In this document: positions 11,793 through 24,060 of the stretch, one piece after another
Layout of the letters: each line of letters starts with the position of its first letter
Numbering within the stretch: the stretch's first letter is position 1
Source: Squalus acanthias
Lineage: Eukaryota
Assembly: GCA_030390025.1 (NCBI GenBank)
Contig: CM059433.1
Coordinates: 30,010,001-30,074,000 of the forward strand
Direction of reading: 5' to 3'
DNA: 64,000 nt
Translations under genes and position numbers: made by a program
Notes under the pieces: model-generated
What the model saw: the letters and a program-made list of their open reading frames with translations, nothing else
The model's database searches: none
Told to the model about the DNA's origin: nothing

Positions 11793-13780
11793 ATGTCCAC
11801 CAGCAGGCAAAAGTGTGCTCCACGCTTCGATGAGCCCTCCCTCCAAGCTCTGGTGGAGGGAGCAAGATCGAATAAGGAGGTGCTCTTCTCTTCCTCAGGG
11901 GGAAAAAAGCCACCCAGCAGACTAAAGCTGTGTGGCTGCAAGTGGCCCAGGAGGTCAACTCCATATTGATGAGCCGCAGAACCTGGCTACAATGCAGGAA
12001 GAGGTTTCATGACCTTCTCCGCACAGGAAAAGTGAGTATGACTTTCCCATCACCCTCAATCTGATCCCCATCGCCTCTCCTCACCAGCACTCTGCTTTGC
12101 TAACCTTTTCCTCCACATCCCACTTGACACTTACATCCCTGCACCCTTACCCAATGCCTCTCTCTCTATGGTCACATTCACTTAACTATTCGACCATGTA
12201 GCCCTCACACTCCCTATCACAGTGATGCAACAACAACAACAACTTACAACACACAGGGAGGGGGCCCTTTGTCTCCTTTTAAGCATCTATGGTATGCATT
12301 CTCTACACTCACTCCTTCATTCTCACTCAAACTCCACTTGTGTCCCTCATTGCAGGAAAAGAGAGCCCACAATAAGAGGGAAAGTGCCATGACAGGAGGA
12401 GGGCCATCCTCAGTAGCCCAGTTCACCGCCTGGGAGGAGGCGGCCCTGGAAATCGCCGGGATCGAGGAGGATTCCCAAGTGGGGGACGGACAGACGGGCG
12501 CATCACAGCAAGCTGGTGACAGAATAGCTTGGCATCTCTCTCATTGACATTGCATGAGTCACTGATAATGAATCTAATGCTCTAACAGATTGACTTATGA
12601 TCATCTGCACTATTCAATGTGCATGTAACCTTGACCTCACATCTCTAACTCTTTCCTTTACTCCCCCACAGGACCATCAAAAGCCCCCGTCCCCACTGTC
12701 CAGGAGGAAGAGCCTGAGCTTCCAGACTCCTCAGAGGAAGCTGCAACCTCTGAGGGTGCAGCGGCAGCAGAATTCAGCGCACCCAGCACCAGCGCAGACA
12801 CTCACACCTCGGTGGGACCTTCGCGAGATAGAGTAGTGTTGGCACCTGGTGTATCACAGATCACAAGTGAGCATCAGCAGATGGTGCAGACAGGGACAGC
12901 AGTGGAGAGTCCTCGTCGGAGGGCACAGGACTCTGCCAGCTCAGCTCAGCTGCATTTCGACCCTGTGCCTCCGGGTCCATCCAGAAGGAGAGCGGTGCTG
13001 GAACTCCAGGAACAGGTGCAGGAGTCTCTGGCAGGTTTTGTCTCCAGGATCACTGCGAGTGTGGAGCGAATGGAGGAGCCCATCGCGAACATGAGCAGAG
13101 CCTTTGTGGAGGCATTGGCGCATGAACGCATCACCGCAGAAAGGATGGCAACCTCCGTGGAAAGGATGGCTAACTCTGTGGTAAGGCTGGCTACCGTAGA
13201 TGAGAGGATGGCCATGGTAGAGGAGAGGATGGCTACGGCCATGGAGGAGCTTAGTCGCCAGGGTCTTGAAAACATGGTCATTGTTCAGAATAGAATGACA
13301 TCTCTTGAGGAGCGATGGTCAGCTATTGAGCATAGAAACCAGACCTTCATGGAAGTCCTCTGGAGTAGGACTTCCAGTGCAGAAACGGGTCCTCATGGCC
13401 CCCCTGAAGTGCAGCAAGGTGCTGTCAAGCCACTTGCTAGCTTTGAAGTGGGGCTGACCCATGAGAGGGATGTTGGTGGCAGACAACAAGGAAGTGGGGG
13501 CTCCTCTCCAAGCGCTCACACAACCATGCCACTGCAAAGCCCTCGGTCAGAGCCCCACCAGAGTCCTCACCCAACTGAGATGGGCATCTCAGCCCCTGCA
13601 CAGCCGCAGGAGCAGCAGACTGTTGCCGAGCCCCTACAGGTTTGCAACCCCAGAGGACGCCCGCCAAAGGCGTCGAGACAGGAGCAGCAAGAAAGTGAGC
13701 AAGGGGCCTCCACATCTGCTGAAGCCACAGGGGAAGCACCACGTAGGAGCATGCGTAAGAGGAAGATAATGCACAAGTAG
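11793..13780 (+). pseudogene. Harbinger Myb/SANT-like DNA-binding protein gene, 3 exons (11793-12031, 12356-12515, 12672-13780), about 502 aa if one frameshift is corrected
   Basis: Reads APRFDEPSLQALVEG..VLF then, one frame back, AVWLQVAQEVN..RTWLQCRKRFHDL, the Myb/SANT-like pattern of Harbinger ORFs. Exon 2 encodes EKRAHNKRE..TGGG. Introns are GT-AG with consistent phases, and exon 3 joins the 322-aa ORF. A single frame disruption lies near G5A6 at 11898-11908. Confidence 0.8.
13139..13243 (+). repeat. Degenerate 21-bp (heptad) coding tandem repeat in the Myb gene
   Basis: ERMATSV ERMANSV VRLATVD ERMAMVE ERMATAM; the periodicity suggests a coiled coil. Confidence 0.7.
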
Positions 13781-14038
13781 TCACAAGGGTAGTCACTTGG
13801 GTGCTGTGATGTATTGTATTTGGGCCAGCCATCCTTGTCATGGTTTCATAAACAGATTTGATGGCAAACTGTTGAAGTTGTGGCCTGTGTCATTTCGCAA
13901 ATGGGACTTTCACATTGAGGGCTTAGGGCGACTTGCAATTGTTAGTATGGTGTTCAGAATGATAGGAATCCGCAGGTTCTTGTCCATTGTCGATGCAGTG
14001 GTAAGAAGGTGCGAGACAAAAGTGTTTGATTGTGCAGG

Positions 14039-14265
14039 CTAAGCAAATCTGGCCAACATGAGTGCGTCCCTTGCATCCCGGGCAGCAATGTGGTCGCGCT
14101 CTGGTGCCTTCCGGCCTGTGCAGTTTCAGGTGGGTGAGCAGCAGCTTGGTGCTCCTGTTGTTGCTGCTGCTGTTGGTGCTGCTGTTGTTCAGGATTCTGC
14201 TGCTGCCGCAGCTGGTCTTCGTCTGAATCTGATGTCCAGGAGGAAAGGAAATAAATGGTTCCCAT
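14039..14265 (-). pseudogene. Putative Harbinger transposase remnant: Gln-rich N-terminus fused to C-terminal tail, catalytic core absent
   Basis: MGTIYFLSSWTSDSDEDQ..polyQ is followed in another frame by DHIAARDARDALMLARFA*, resembling HARBI1-like C-termini. It is convergent to the Myb gene within the TIRs. Confidence 0.55.
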
Positions 14266-16639
14266 GCTTCTGGTATATACCTCAGTTGAGGAAGCACTCA
14301 GTCAAGGTGGGGAGAGGGGTTTCCCAGGAGGTCACACTGGAGATGGGTCTCAGGCTCCAAACTTCCGCAACAATGAGTAGGCCTGCTAAAAGATCCCCCA
14401 GACCTGAGACAACAAAGTTCTGCCACCTGCAAATGATGATTGGTGAAAACTCCTTTTTAATGGTGGAGCTGCAGCTGTTACTAAGCAGTCCACTTGTGAA
14501 GCCGCCAGGATTACCTGGCGTGTTCCAGAGGAGGCGTGTAGGATGGGGGAAATGTCTAAAAATCAGAAAGGACTCTCAAAATTGGATTATAGAGGCAATT
14601 AAGTGGTTGTTAAGGGCCTTAAGGGCCTATCCCGCCTCTTGGAGGCGGGATGGAAACGGGGTCTGAAACCCCGATTCTGGGAAAATTGCTCAGAGGCGGG
14701 ATCGGGCCCACACGCCATTTTTTGCAATTTTAACACCTCACATGCCTCCAATCCCGCCTCCTCGGGCCTGGCAAAACCGAGCCCCTCCTCTCCACTCTCT
14801 GTTTCCCTCTGATAGTATGAGCAGGTTTCAGTAACTTCTGTGTGAAAAATCGTGGATGCAAATCTACATTCCACAAAAACAACTTGCATTTATAGCGCAC
14901 CTTTAAGATAGAAAATTGTCCCAAGGTGCTTCACAGGGAGGACTGAGGGATAAAATGAAAAACCGTGCCAATGAAGGAGATATTAGGAGGGAGACCAAAA
15001 GCTTGGTCGGAGAGCTGGGTTTTAAGGAGGGTCTTAAAGAAAGAGAGGAAGGTGGAGAGATGGAGGAGTTTAGGGAGGGAATTCAAGAGCATGGGGCCTT
15101 GGCAGCAAAAAGCATGGCTGCCAATGGTGGGGTGAAGGGAGAGGAAGCTGCACAAGAGGTCAGTGCCAGAGGAATGGAGGATTCTGGGAGGGGAAGGGTG
15201 GGTTATATTGCAGGATGAGGTTCAAGAGATAGGGAGGGGCCAGGTCAAGTAGGGATTTGAGCACATTTTAAGAAAAAAAACCTCACATTTTGCCTCAGTT
15301 ATCTCTCTCTTCTTTTGATGTCTTCTCTCTCTCTGGGTATGTACATTTTGTGCCACTTTTGCTATAGAGCCATTTAGGTGCTGCCACAAACTACTGGTGT
15401 AACAAGGGACTCCATTCCAGGATTTATTTTCTCTTTGTTGGAAGGAGTTAATCCACAATATGGAGCAACAGTGAAGCAAACAAACAGCATGCCTTTGGAA
15501 AATAGAAAATAACAAATCCTCAACCGCATTAATAGAGTTCACCGTAGAACTGGTTTGACCGGTATTCCTCAAATGTTTACATGCCTCAGCAGCTTAGTAC
15601 AAAGGTCTTGAACAGCTGGCCCTGTTCTGCTGAAGTCCAGTAATTGCTTACTTTCCATTTTCCAATGGCTCCGTAAGAAATGGATCTTTTTCAGAATGTT
15701 TAAATACAAACTTTCAATGATGACAAAATAAAAATTTCGCCCCAAAAATATTTCTCAAATAACAACAATTTGCATTTCTATAATACCTTTAAAGTAGAAA
15801 AACATCCCATGCTCTTCCTGAAGGTGCAAAGAAAGACTTGCATTTATATAGTGCCTTTCACAACCTCATGATGTCCCAAAGTGCTTCACAGCCAATGAAG
15901 TACTTTTGAAGTGTAGTCGGTGTAACGGTGGGTGGAAGTAGGCGGTCATAGAGATGGAGAGGATATGGGGTCAGAAGCTTAGCTCAGGGCCAAACTGGGA
16001 TGTCAAGGTCGCAACCAGTCTGGTTCAGCCTGAGATAGTGACCAAGAAGGGAGTTGGAGTTGGTGGCCAGGGTGTGGAGTTTGAGGTGGGGGCTGAAGAC
16101 AATGGGTTAGTTTTCCTAATGTTTATCTGGGAGATATTACATTCAAGACCGGAAGTCAGAAAAACAATCCGACAGTACAGGAGTGGTGTGGAGAGGGGTA
16201 GTTTCATGAGAGCTGGTGGGGGGATAGAGCTGGGTGTCATTAGCATACATGTGGAAACTGACCCCATGCCTGTGGATGATGTCGCCAAGAATTAGCATAT
16301 AGATGAGGAAGAGGAGGGGGCCAAGAATGGATAAACATTTCAAGATAATAAATATTTCAAAAGAATTTTAAAAATCTGTGACAAGAACATGGTACTAGCT
16401 TTGAATGTTTTAAATTGCAACAAAAGATAGCAGCATGAGAAGCCTGTTCACCTTTAAGAGCTCCTTCGAACCTGGAGTTTCACTGGCAGCCAATCAAAGT
16501 AGGCTATGCAGGCAAAAACGCCTAATCTCAGCAGGAAATTGTACCAAGTATTTCATTAAATATATTTGCATGCATTTTGAAGCCTCAACGATGACATTTT
16601 AAAATTTTAATCCTGACTTTTTTTTTCTCTATGAAATGT

Positions 16640-19600
16640 AATGCTCTTCGATCTTTCGCTGCTAAAGATAGGGCTTTAAACTAAATAAGGCGGGGGATGG
16701 TCCCGGTGGAGAGAAATCTAGAATGCTAAAGAGAAAAGACAAGGAAGCAGTGCAGGAAAGTGATTGGGTAAGGATAACCAGATTGTGTCAGGAAGGGACA
16801 GAGTGTACAAACAAAAGAGTGCACTAACAAATAGGGTCCGGGTAAGAAAAAATGGTAATAAGACAAATAGGGCTATAGTATAAAAAAATGATAAGATGTC
16901 TAAAAATGTTAAAAAGACAAATCTAAAGACACTGTATCTGAATGCACAAAGCATTGGTAATAAGGTAGACAAATTAACAGTGCAAATAGATGTAAACGGA
17001 TACGATATAATTGCGATTACGGAGACATGGCTGCAGGGTAACCAAGGCTGGGAGCTGAATATCCAAGGATATTCGATATTTAGGAAGGACAGGCAAAAAG
17101 GAAAAGGAGGTTGGGTGGCTTTGTTAGTAAAGGATGAAATCAGCGCAATAGTGAGAAAGGATATTGGCTCAGAAAATCAAGATGTAGAATCAGTCTGGGT
17201 GGAGCTAAGAAGCACCATGGGGCAGAAAACATTGGTGGGAGTTGTCTATAGGCCTCCAAACAGTAGTGGTAATGTAGGGGATGGCATCAAACAGGAAATT
17301 AGAGATGCATGTAACAAGGGTACTACAGTAATCATGGGTGACTTTAATCTGCATATAGACTGGCCAAACCAAATTAGCAATAATACTGTGGAGGATGAAT
17401 CCTGGAGTGTGTACGAGATGTTTTTTTAGACCAGTACGTTGAGGAGCCAACTAGGGAACAGGCTATCCTAGATTGGGTATTGTGCAATGAGAAGGGGTTA
17501 ATTAATAATCTTGTGTGCGGGGTCCTTTAGGGAAGAGTAACCATAACATGATAGAATTCTTCATTAAGATGGAAAGTGAAGTAGTTCAATCCAAAACTAG
17601 GGTCCTAAATCTAAACAAAGGAAACTACGAAGGTATGAGGAGTGAGTTGGCTATGATAGATTGGGGAGCTTCATTAAAAGGCATGACGGTGGATAGGCAA
17701 TGGCTAACATTTAAGGAATGAATGCATGAATTGCAACAGTTATACATTCCTTTCTGGCGCAAAAACACAAAAGGAAAAGCGGCCCAACCATAGCTAACAA
17801 AAGAAATTAAGGATAGTATTAGATCCAAAGAGGAGTCATATAAAGTTGCCAGAAAAAGTAGCAAGTCTGAGGATTGGGAGCAGTTTAGAGTTCAGCAAAA
17901 AAGGACCAAGAGATTGATTAAGAGGGGAAAAATAGAGTATGAGAGTAAACTTGCAAGGAACATAAAAGCGGACTTTAAAAGCTTCTAGAAGTATGTAAAA
18001 AGAAAAAGATTAGTGAAGACAAATGTAGGTCCCTTACAGTCAGAAATGGGAGAATTTATAATGGGGAACAAGGAAATGATAGAGAAATTAAACAAATACT
18101 TTGGTTCTGTCTTCACGGAAGAGGACATAAATAACTTCCCAGAAATGCTTGGGAACCAAGGGTCTAGTGAGAAGGAGGAATTAAAGGAAATTAGTATGAG
18201 TTAAAAAATAGTGCTGGAAAAATTAATGGGACTGAAAGCCGATAAATCCTCAGGGCCTGATAATCTGCATCCCAGAGTACTAAAAGAGGTAGCCATGGAA
18301 ATAATGGATGCATTAGTTGTCATCTTCCAAAATTCTATAGATTATGGAACAGTTCCTGCAGATTGAAGGGTGGCAAATGTAACCCCACCATTTAAAAAAG
18401 GAGGGAGAGAGAAAACAGGGAACTACAGACCGGTTAGCCTAACATCAGTAGTAGGGAAAATGCTAGAGTCTATTATAAAGGATGTGATAACAGAACACTT
18501 AGAAAATATCAACGGGATTAGACAAAATCAACATGGATTTATGAAAGGGAAATCGTGTTTGACAAACCTACTGGAGATTTTGAAGATGTAACTGGTAGAA
18601 TAGATAAGGGAGAACCAGTGGATGTGGTGTATTTGGATTTTCAGAAGGCCTTTGATAAAGTCCCACATAAGAGGTTAGTGTGCAAAATTAAAGCACTTGG
18701 GATTGGGGGTAATATACTGGCATGGATTGAAAATTGGTTAACAGACAGGAAACAGAGAGTAGGAATAAATGGGTCTTTTTCGGGGTGGCAGGCGGTGACT
18801 AGTAGGGTACCGCAGGGATCAGTGCTTGGGCCCCAGCTATTCACAATATATATCAATGATTTGGATGAGAGAACCAACTGTAATATTTCCAAGTTTGCTG
18901 ACAACACGAAACGGATTGTGAGTTGTGAGGAGGATGCAAAGAGGCTTCAAGGCGATTTAGACAAGTTGAGTGACTGGGCAAATACATGACAGATGCAGTA
19001 TAACGTGGATAAATGTGAAGTTATCCACTTCGGTAGGAAAAACAAAAAGGCAGAATATTATTTAAATGGTGATAGATTGGGAAATGTTGATGTACAAAGG
19101 GACCTGGGTGTCCTTGTACACCAGTCACTGAAAGCAAACATGCAGGTGCAGCAAGCAGTTAGGAAGGCAAATGGTATGTTGGCCTTCATTGCAAGAAGAT
19201 TTGAGTACAGGAGCAAGGATGTCTTACTACAGTTGTACAGGGCCTTGGTGAGACCACACCTGGAGTAGTGTGTGCAGTTTTGGTCTCCTTACCTAAGAAA
19301 GGATATACTTGCCATAGAGGGAGTGCAGCGAAGGTTCACCAGACTGATTCCTGGGATGGCAGGACTGTCGTATGAGGAGAGATTGGGTCAACTAGGCCTG
19401 TATTCACTAGAGTTTAGAAGAATGAGAGCGAATCTCATTGAAACGTATAAAATTCTGACAGGGCTAGACAGACTGGATGCAGGAACCCCTGGCTGGGGGT
19501 TCTAGAACGAGGGGTCACAGTCTCAGGATACGGGGTAGGACATTTAGGACTGAGATGAGGAGAAATTTCTTCACTCAGAGGGTGGTGAACCTGTGGAATT

Positions 19601-19816
19601 CTCTACCACAGAAGGCATGGAGGCCAAGTCACTGAATATATTTAAGAAGGAGATAGATAGATTTCTAGACACAAAAGGCATCAAGGGGTATGGGGAGAGA
19701 GCGGGAATATGGTATTGAGATAGAGGATCAGCCATGATCATATTGAATGGCAGAGCAGGCTCAAAGGGCCGAATGGCCTACTCCTGCTCCTATTTTTCTA
19801 TGTTTCTATGTTTCTA
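16640..19816 (+). mobile_element. CR1 LINE with near-complete ORF2 (APE endonuclease plus RT), disrupted by stops and frameshifts
   Basis: Motifs YLNAQSI, ITETWL, VYRPP, MGDFN, YLDFQKAFDKVPH, VPQGSVLGP and KFADN; 3' (TTCTATG)n tail. Confidence 0.93.
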
Positions 19817-19841
19817 TTCTGTACCCAAGTCTTACACTATA

Positions 19842-20591
19842 GGCCCAGATTTTGTTCGGAAAATAATGGTGAGTTTAATGCGGTTGGCGTTATTAATGTG
19901 TAAATCATCCAGCGATGAAGCGATACCCCGTGAATTGTGAATTGTCACAAGTTGCTGGATGATTTACGCTGCTCCACAATTAGCCTCGTGAAAACGGCAG
20001 CTCACCCTCAACCTCCCCGTGAGTTTCATGAAATTGCTGCATTTGCACATTAATTACCCATTAAACTCGCCGCAGAAAGTTAGGGCTAGTACTTAACAGT
20101 TTAAGGACCTTTTTAATGACTTTAATGATTTATGTTCCTGCAATGCCAATCAACCTCTCCAGCTAAGAAAGGGAACAACTGAAACTATGGAGTCTCATTC
20201 TTACAGGTAGTAAACTGACTATTCTTAGCGATTTCTAAAATCTAATATTTAAAAAAAAAGTCTTACTTTTCCTTTCTGTCACTTTTTTCTCTCTCTTTCT
20301 TAATCCAATCTTTCTTTCCCTCTCTTTATTTCTCTTTCTGACTCTAATTCACCCTATTTCCTTCTCCATCGTTCCTGTTTCCTTCTCAATCCTTAAATCT
20401 CCTTGGTTGAGGAGATAGACTGTTGGTCCCGTCATTCACTAAGGTTCCAGATGTCCTGTTGCCCTCGCCGCGCCGTTATCAGCTCACACTTCCAGCAAGT
20501 TATGGTGCAAAAAAAATGTTGTGCTGAAGGGTGAGGGAAAAAGTCTAATGGGGCACGTCACGAGATGCCCCGCTTCAGCAAGATCTGGGCC
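19842..20591. mobile_element. MITE of about 750 bp; a related partial inverted copy lies at about 31500-31879
   Basis: TIRs GGCCCAGATTTTG / CAAGATCTGGGCC. Internal sequence (ttaattacccattaaactcgccgcagaaagttaggg) is shared with the 31.6-kb copy. Confidence 0.7.
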
Positions 20592-21009
20592 ATTATCTGA
20601 TTGAATGATGATACTACCTGTGACACCTCATGACAATATCTTCAAACTCTGGAGCTACAGAATACTTCCCGTCACTAAAGGCAAAATAATCAGCAAAGGG
20701 GCAAGCACAGTATCAGCAGCAACGAAAGTGGAAAGATCGGGTAATGGAAGAAGGCAACACCAACAGAAGGAGCACTGCCCAGGAGCAGGTAGTGAGGCAA
20801 ATAGTCCTGCTGAGAAGTGGGATTGTGGTAGTTGATGCCAGAAATAGGAAGCCTGAAGGAACAGTACACTAGAAAATGTTAGACGGCACAGGCAATGACA
20901 TCAAGAAATCTATCTGAAAAAGAAACAACTTTATCGAGTGCCTTTCAGAACCTCAGGACACCCCGAAGTGCTTCCCAGCCAATTAAGTTCTTTTGAAATG
21001 TAGTCACTG

Positions 21010-22350
21010 TCTACTCTCAATCATCAGCAAAGTGATGGAAGGTGTCATCGACAGTGCTATAAAGCGGCACTTACTCACCAATAACCTACTCACTGATGCC
21101 CAGTTTGGGTTCAGCTCCTGACCTCATTACAGCCTTGGTCCAAACATGGACAAAGGAGCTGAATTCCAGAGGTGAGGTGAGAATGACTGCCCTTGACATC
21201 AAGGCAGCATTTGACCGAGTCTGGCATCAAGGAGCCCTAGTAAAACTGAAGTCAATGGGAATCAGGGGGAAAACGCTCCACTGGCTGGAGTCATACCTAG
21301 CACAAAGGAAGATGGTTGTGCTGGTTGAACGTCAATCATCACAGCCCCAGGATATCGCTGCAGGAGTTCCTCAGGGCAGTGTCCTAGGCCCAACCATCTT
21401 CAGCTGCTTCATCAATGACCTTCCCTCCAACATAAGGTCAGAAATGGGGATGTCTGCTGATGACTGCACAGTGTTCAGTGCCATTCACAACTCCACAGAT
21501 AATGAAGCTGTCCATGCCCGCATGCAACAAGACCTGGACGACGTTCAGGCTTGGGCTGATAAGTGGCAGGTAACATTCGCGCCACAGAAGTGCCAGGCAA
21601 TGACTATCTCCAACAAGCAAGAGTCTAACCACCTCCCCTTGACATTCAATGGCATTACCATCGTCGAATCTCCCACTATCAACATCCTGGGGGTCACCAT
21701 TAACCAGAAACTTAACTGGACCAGCCACATAAATACTGTGGCAACAAGAGCAGGTCGGAGGCGAGGTATTCCGCGGCGAGTGTCTCACCTCCTGACTCCC
21801 AAAAGCCTTTCCACCATCTACAAGGCACAAGTAAGGAGTGTGATGGAATACTCTCCACTTGCCTGGATGAGTGCAGCTGCAACAACACTCAAGAAGCTCG
21901 ACACCATCCAGGACAAAACAGCCCGCTTGATTAGCACCCCATCCACCACCTTAAACATTCACTCCCTCCACCACCGGCGTACCGTGGCTGCAGTGTGTAC
22001 CATCTACAAGATGCACTGCAGCAACTCGCCAAGGCTTCTTCAGCAGCACCTCCCAAACCCGCGACCTCTTCCACCTAGAAGGATAAGGGCAGCAGGCGCA
22101 TGGGAACACCACCACCTCCAAGTTCCCCTCCAAGTCACACACCATCCTGACTTAGAATTCTATCGCCAATCCTTCATCGTCACTGGGTCAAAATCCTGGA
22201 ACTCCCTACCTAACAGCACTGTGGGAGTACCATCACCACACGGACTGCAGCGATTCAAGAAGGCGGCTCACCACCACCTTCTCAAGGGCAATTGGGGATG
22301 GGCAATAAATGGTGGCATTGCCAGCGACGCCCTGATCCCATAAACAAATT
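21010..22350 (+). mobile_element. LINE RT fragment (CR1/L2 group, second family) nested inside a SINE
   Basis: 415-aa ORF with LDIKAAFDRVWH, GVPQGSVLGP and ADD. SINE sequence stops at about 21010 and resumes at about 22359. Confidence 0.88.
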
Positions 22351-23391
22351 TTTTTAAATGCCAATTTGTGCACAGCAAGGTCCCACAAACAGCAATGTGA
22401 TAATGACCAGATAATCTGTTTTTAGTGATGTTGGTTGAGAGATAAGTGTTGGCCTGGATACTGAGGAGAACTCCCCTGCTTTCTTTGAATAGTGACATGG
22501 GACATTTTACAGCCACTCGAGAGGGCAGATGGGGCCTCAGCTTAATATCTCTTCTGAAAGACAGTACCTTTCACTCCCTCAGTACTGCACTGGGATGTCA
22601 GCCTAGATTATGTGCTCAAATGTCTGGAGTGGGACTTGAACCCATGATCTACTGACTCCGAAACAAAAGTGCTACCCACTGAGCCACAGCTGACACCACT
22701 CGAAAATCAATAGTATAAAATATGGCAACTCGTAAATTACAGGATATTTTTTAATCCAATTTATTCCTAATTTTGTGGTCTAGGAATTTTAACTTCACTG
22801 CATGTTTTCAAAATCTAGTCAACTTCATAATGATGCCAATGACCTTATATCAGCCAATTCAGACCTCTCTGAAAATGTAAACTGTTAGTGAGGTACGTGG
22901 ATGTATAATCTATATGGAGTATGATAAATCATGCAAAATTTATTGATCAAAGTGTCCTGTTAACATCCTTTTGTGAACATCATCAGCTGGCTGGAGGGCA
23001 AAACAAGATGGAATTAAAAATTTAGCAACAAAAGCAGTGCATACTATAAGTAACAGGGGATCTTGGTTTATTTGCCAAAATTGGTTAATTATTTCCAGCA
23101 GTTCTAAATGTTCTGGTTAAGAAATTGGGAATTAAGGAATTGGATAAATACTTGAATGGGGGAAACATTTGTCGGGCTATGGGGAAAGAGCAGGGGAGTG
23201 GGATTAATTGAACAGCTCTGTCAAAGAGCCGGCACAGGCATATTGGACTGAATGGCCTCCTGTGTTGTAACATTCTATGATATAGTTACTACCCCTTTGT
23301 CGAGGGTCACAGTCCTGAGCATTGAATTCCTTAAGGTCTACTCTCTCGTAAAGCTCAGTTTTAAAAAATCCCTTTTTATTTAATTTCTGTA

Positions 23392-24060
23392 GTATCAGCC
23401 ATGGCGCAGTGGGTAGCACTCTCACCTCTGAGCCAGAAGTTATGGGTTCATAGTCCCACTCCAGATACTTAAGCACAAAATCTTGGCTGACACTCCCAGT
23501 GCAGTACTGAGGGAGTTAATTGTATTCAGGTGGTGGGTATTAATTGGGGATTCTCTTGTGTTCATATATGTGGGAGCAGGCTTGGGAAGTGGGCAAGCTT
23601 ATCTTTTAGTGGGGCCTGTACGCGCCTGGTATGTCTCTGCAAATAAAAGCTTGTAAGTGACTGAAGACTAGGCTCTAATATTCTATCCTTCACCACCTTG
23701 GTAGTTGACTTTTACATGCTGCACTGTTAGAGGTGCTGTCTTTCGGATGAGATGTTAAACTGAGGCCCAGTCTGCTCTCTCAGGTGGACGTAAAAGATCC
23801 CATGGCACTATTTCGAAGAAGAGCAGGGGAGTTCTTCCTCGGTGTCCTGGCCAACGTTTATCCCTCAACCAACATCACTAAAAACAGATTATCTGGTCAT
23901 TATCATGTTGCTGTTTGTGGGAGCTTGTTGTGTGCAAATTGGCTGCCGCGTTTCCTACATTACAACAGTGACTACACTTCAAAAGTACTTCATCGGCCAT
24001 AAAGCGCACTGGAACATCCTGAAGTCTTGAAAGGCGCTATATAAATGCAAGTTCTTTTTT
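23392..24060 (+). mobile_element. SacSINE1-like DeuSINE interrupted by an insert of about 200 bp
   Basis: The consensus is broken at 23516-23716. Neighbouring minus-strand copies are at 22359-22695 and 24708-25162. Confidence 0.8.

Larger units (their letters stand above)
11513..14784 (+). mobile_element. PIF/Harbinger DNA transposon, non-autonomous (Myb/SANT gene retained, transposase internally deleted)
   Basis: 17-bp TIRs GGGCTCGATTTTGCCAG (11513-11529) and CTGGCAAAACCGAGCCC (14768-14784) match at 16/17. A 3-bp TSD, CTC, flanks both sides. The element contains a Myb/SANT gene and a convergent remnant ORF. Confidence 0.88.

Noticed and set aside
14058..14666. 202-aa plus-strand ORF or a host polyQ gene
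   Set aside because: It lies inside the Harbinger TIRs, antisense to the low-complexity transposase remnant.
21096..22343. Functional 415-aa host gene
   Set aside because: It is a 5'-truncated LINE reverse transcriptase with decayed sister copies in the same window.
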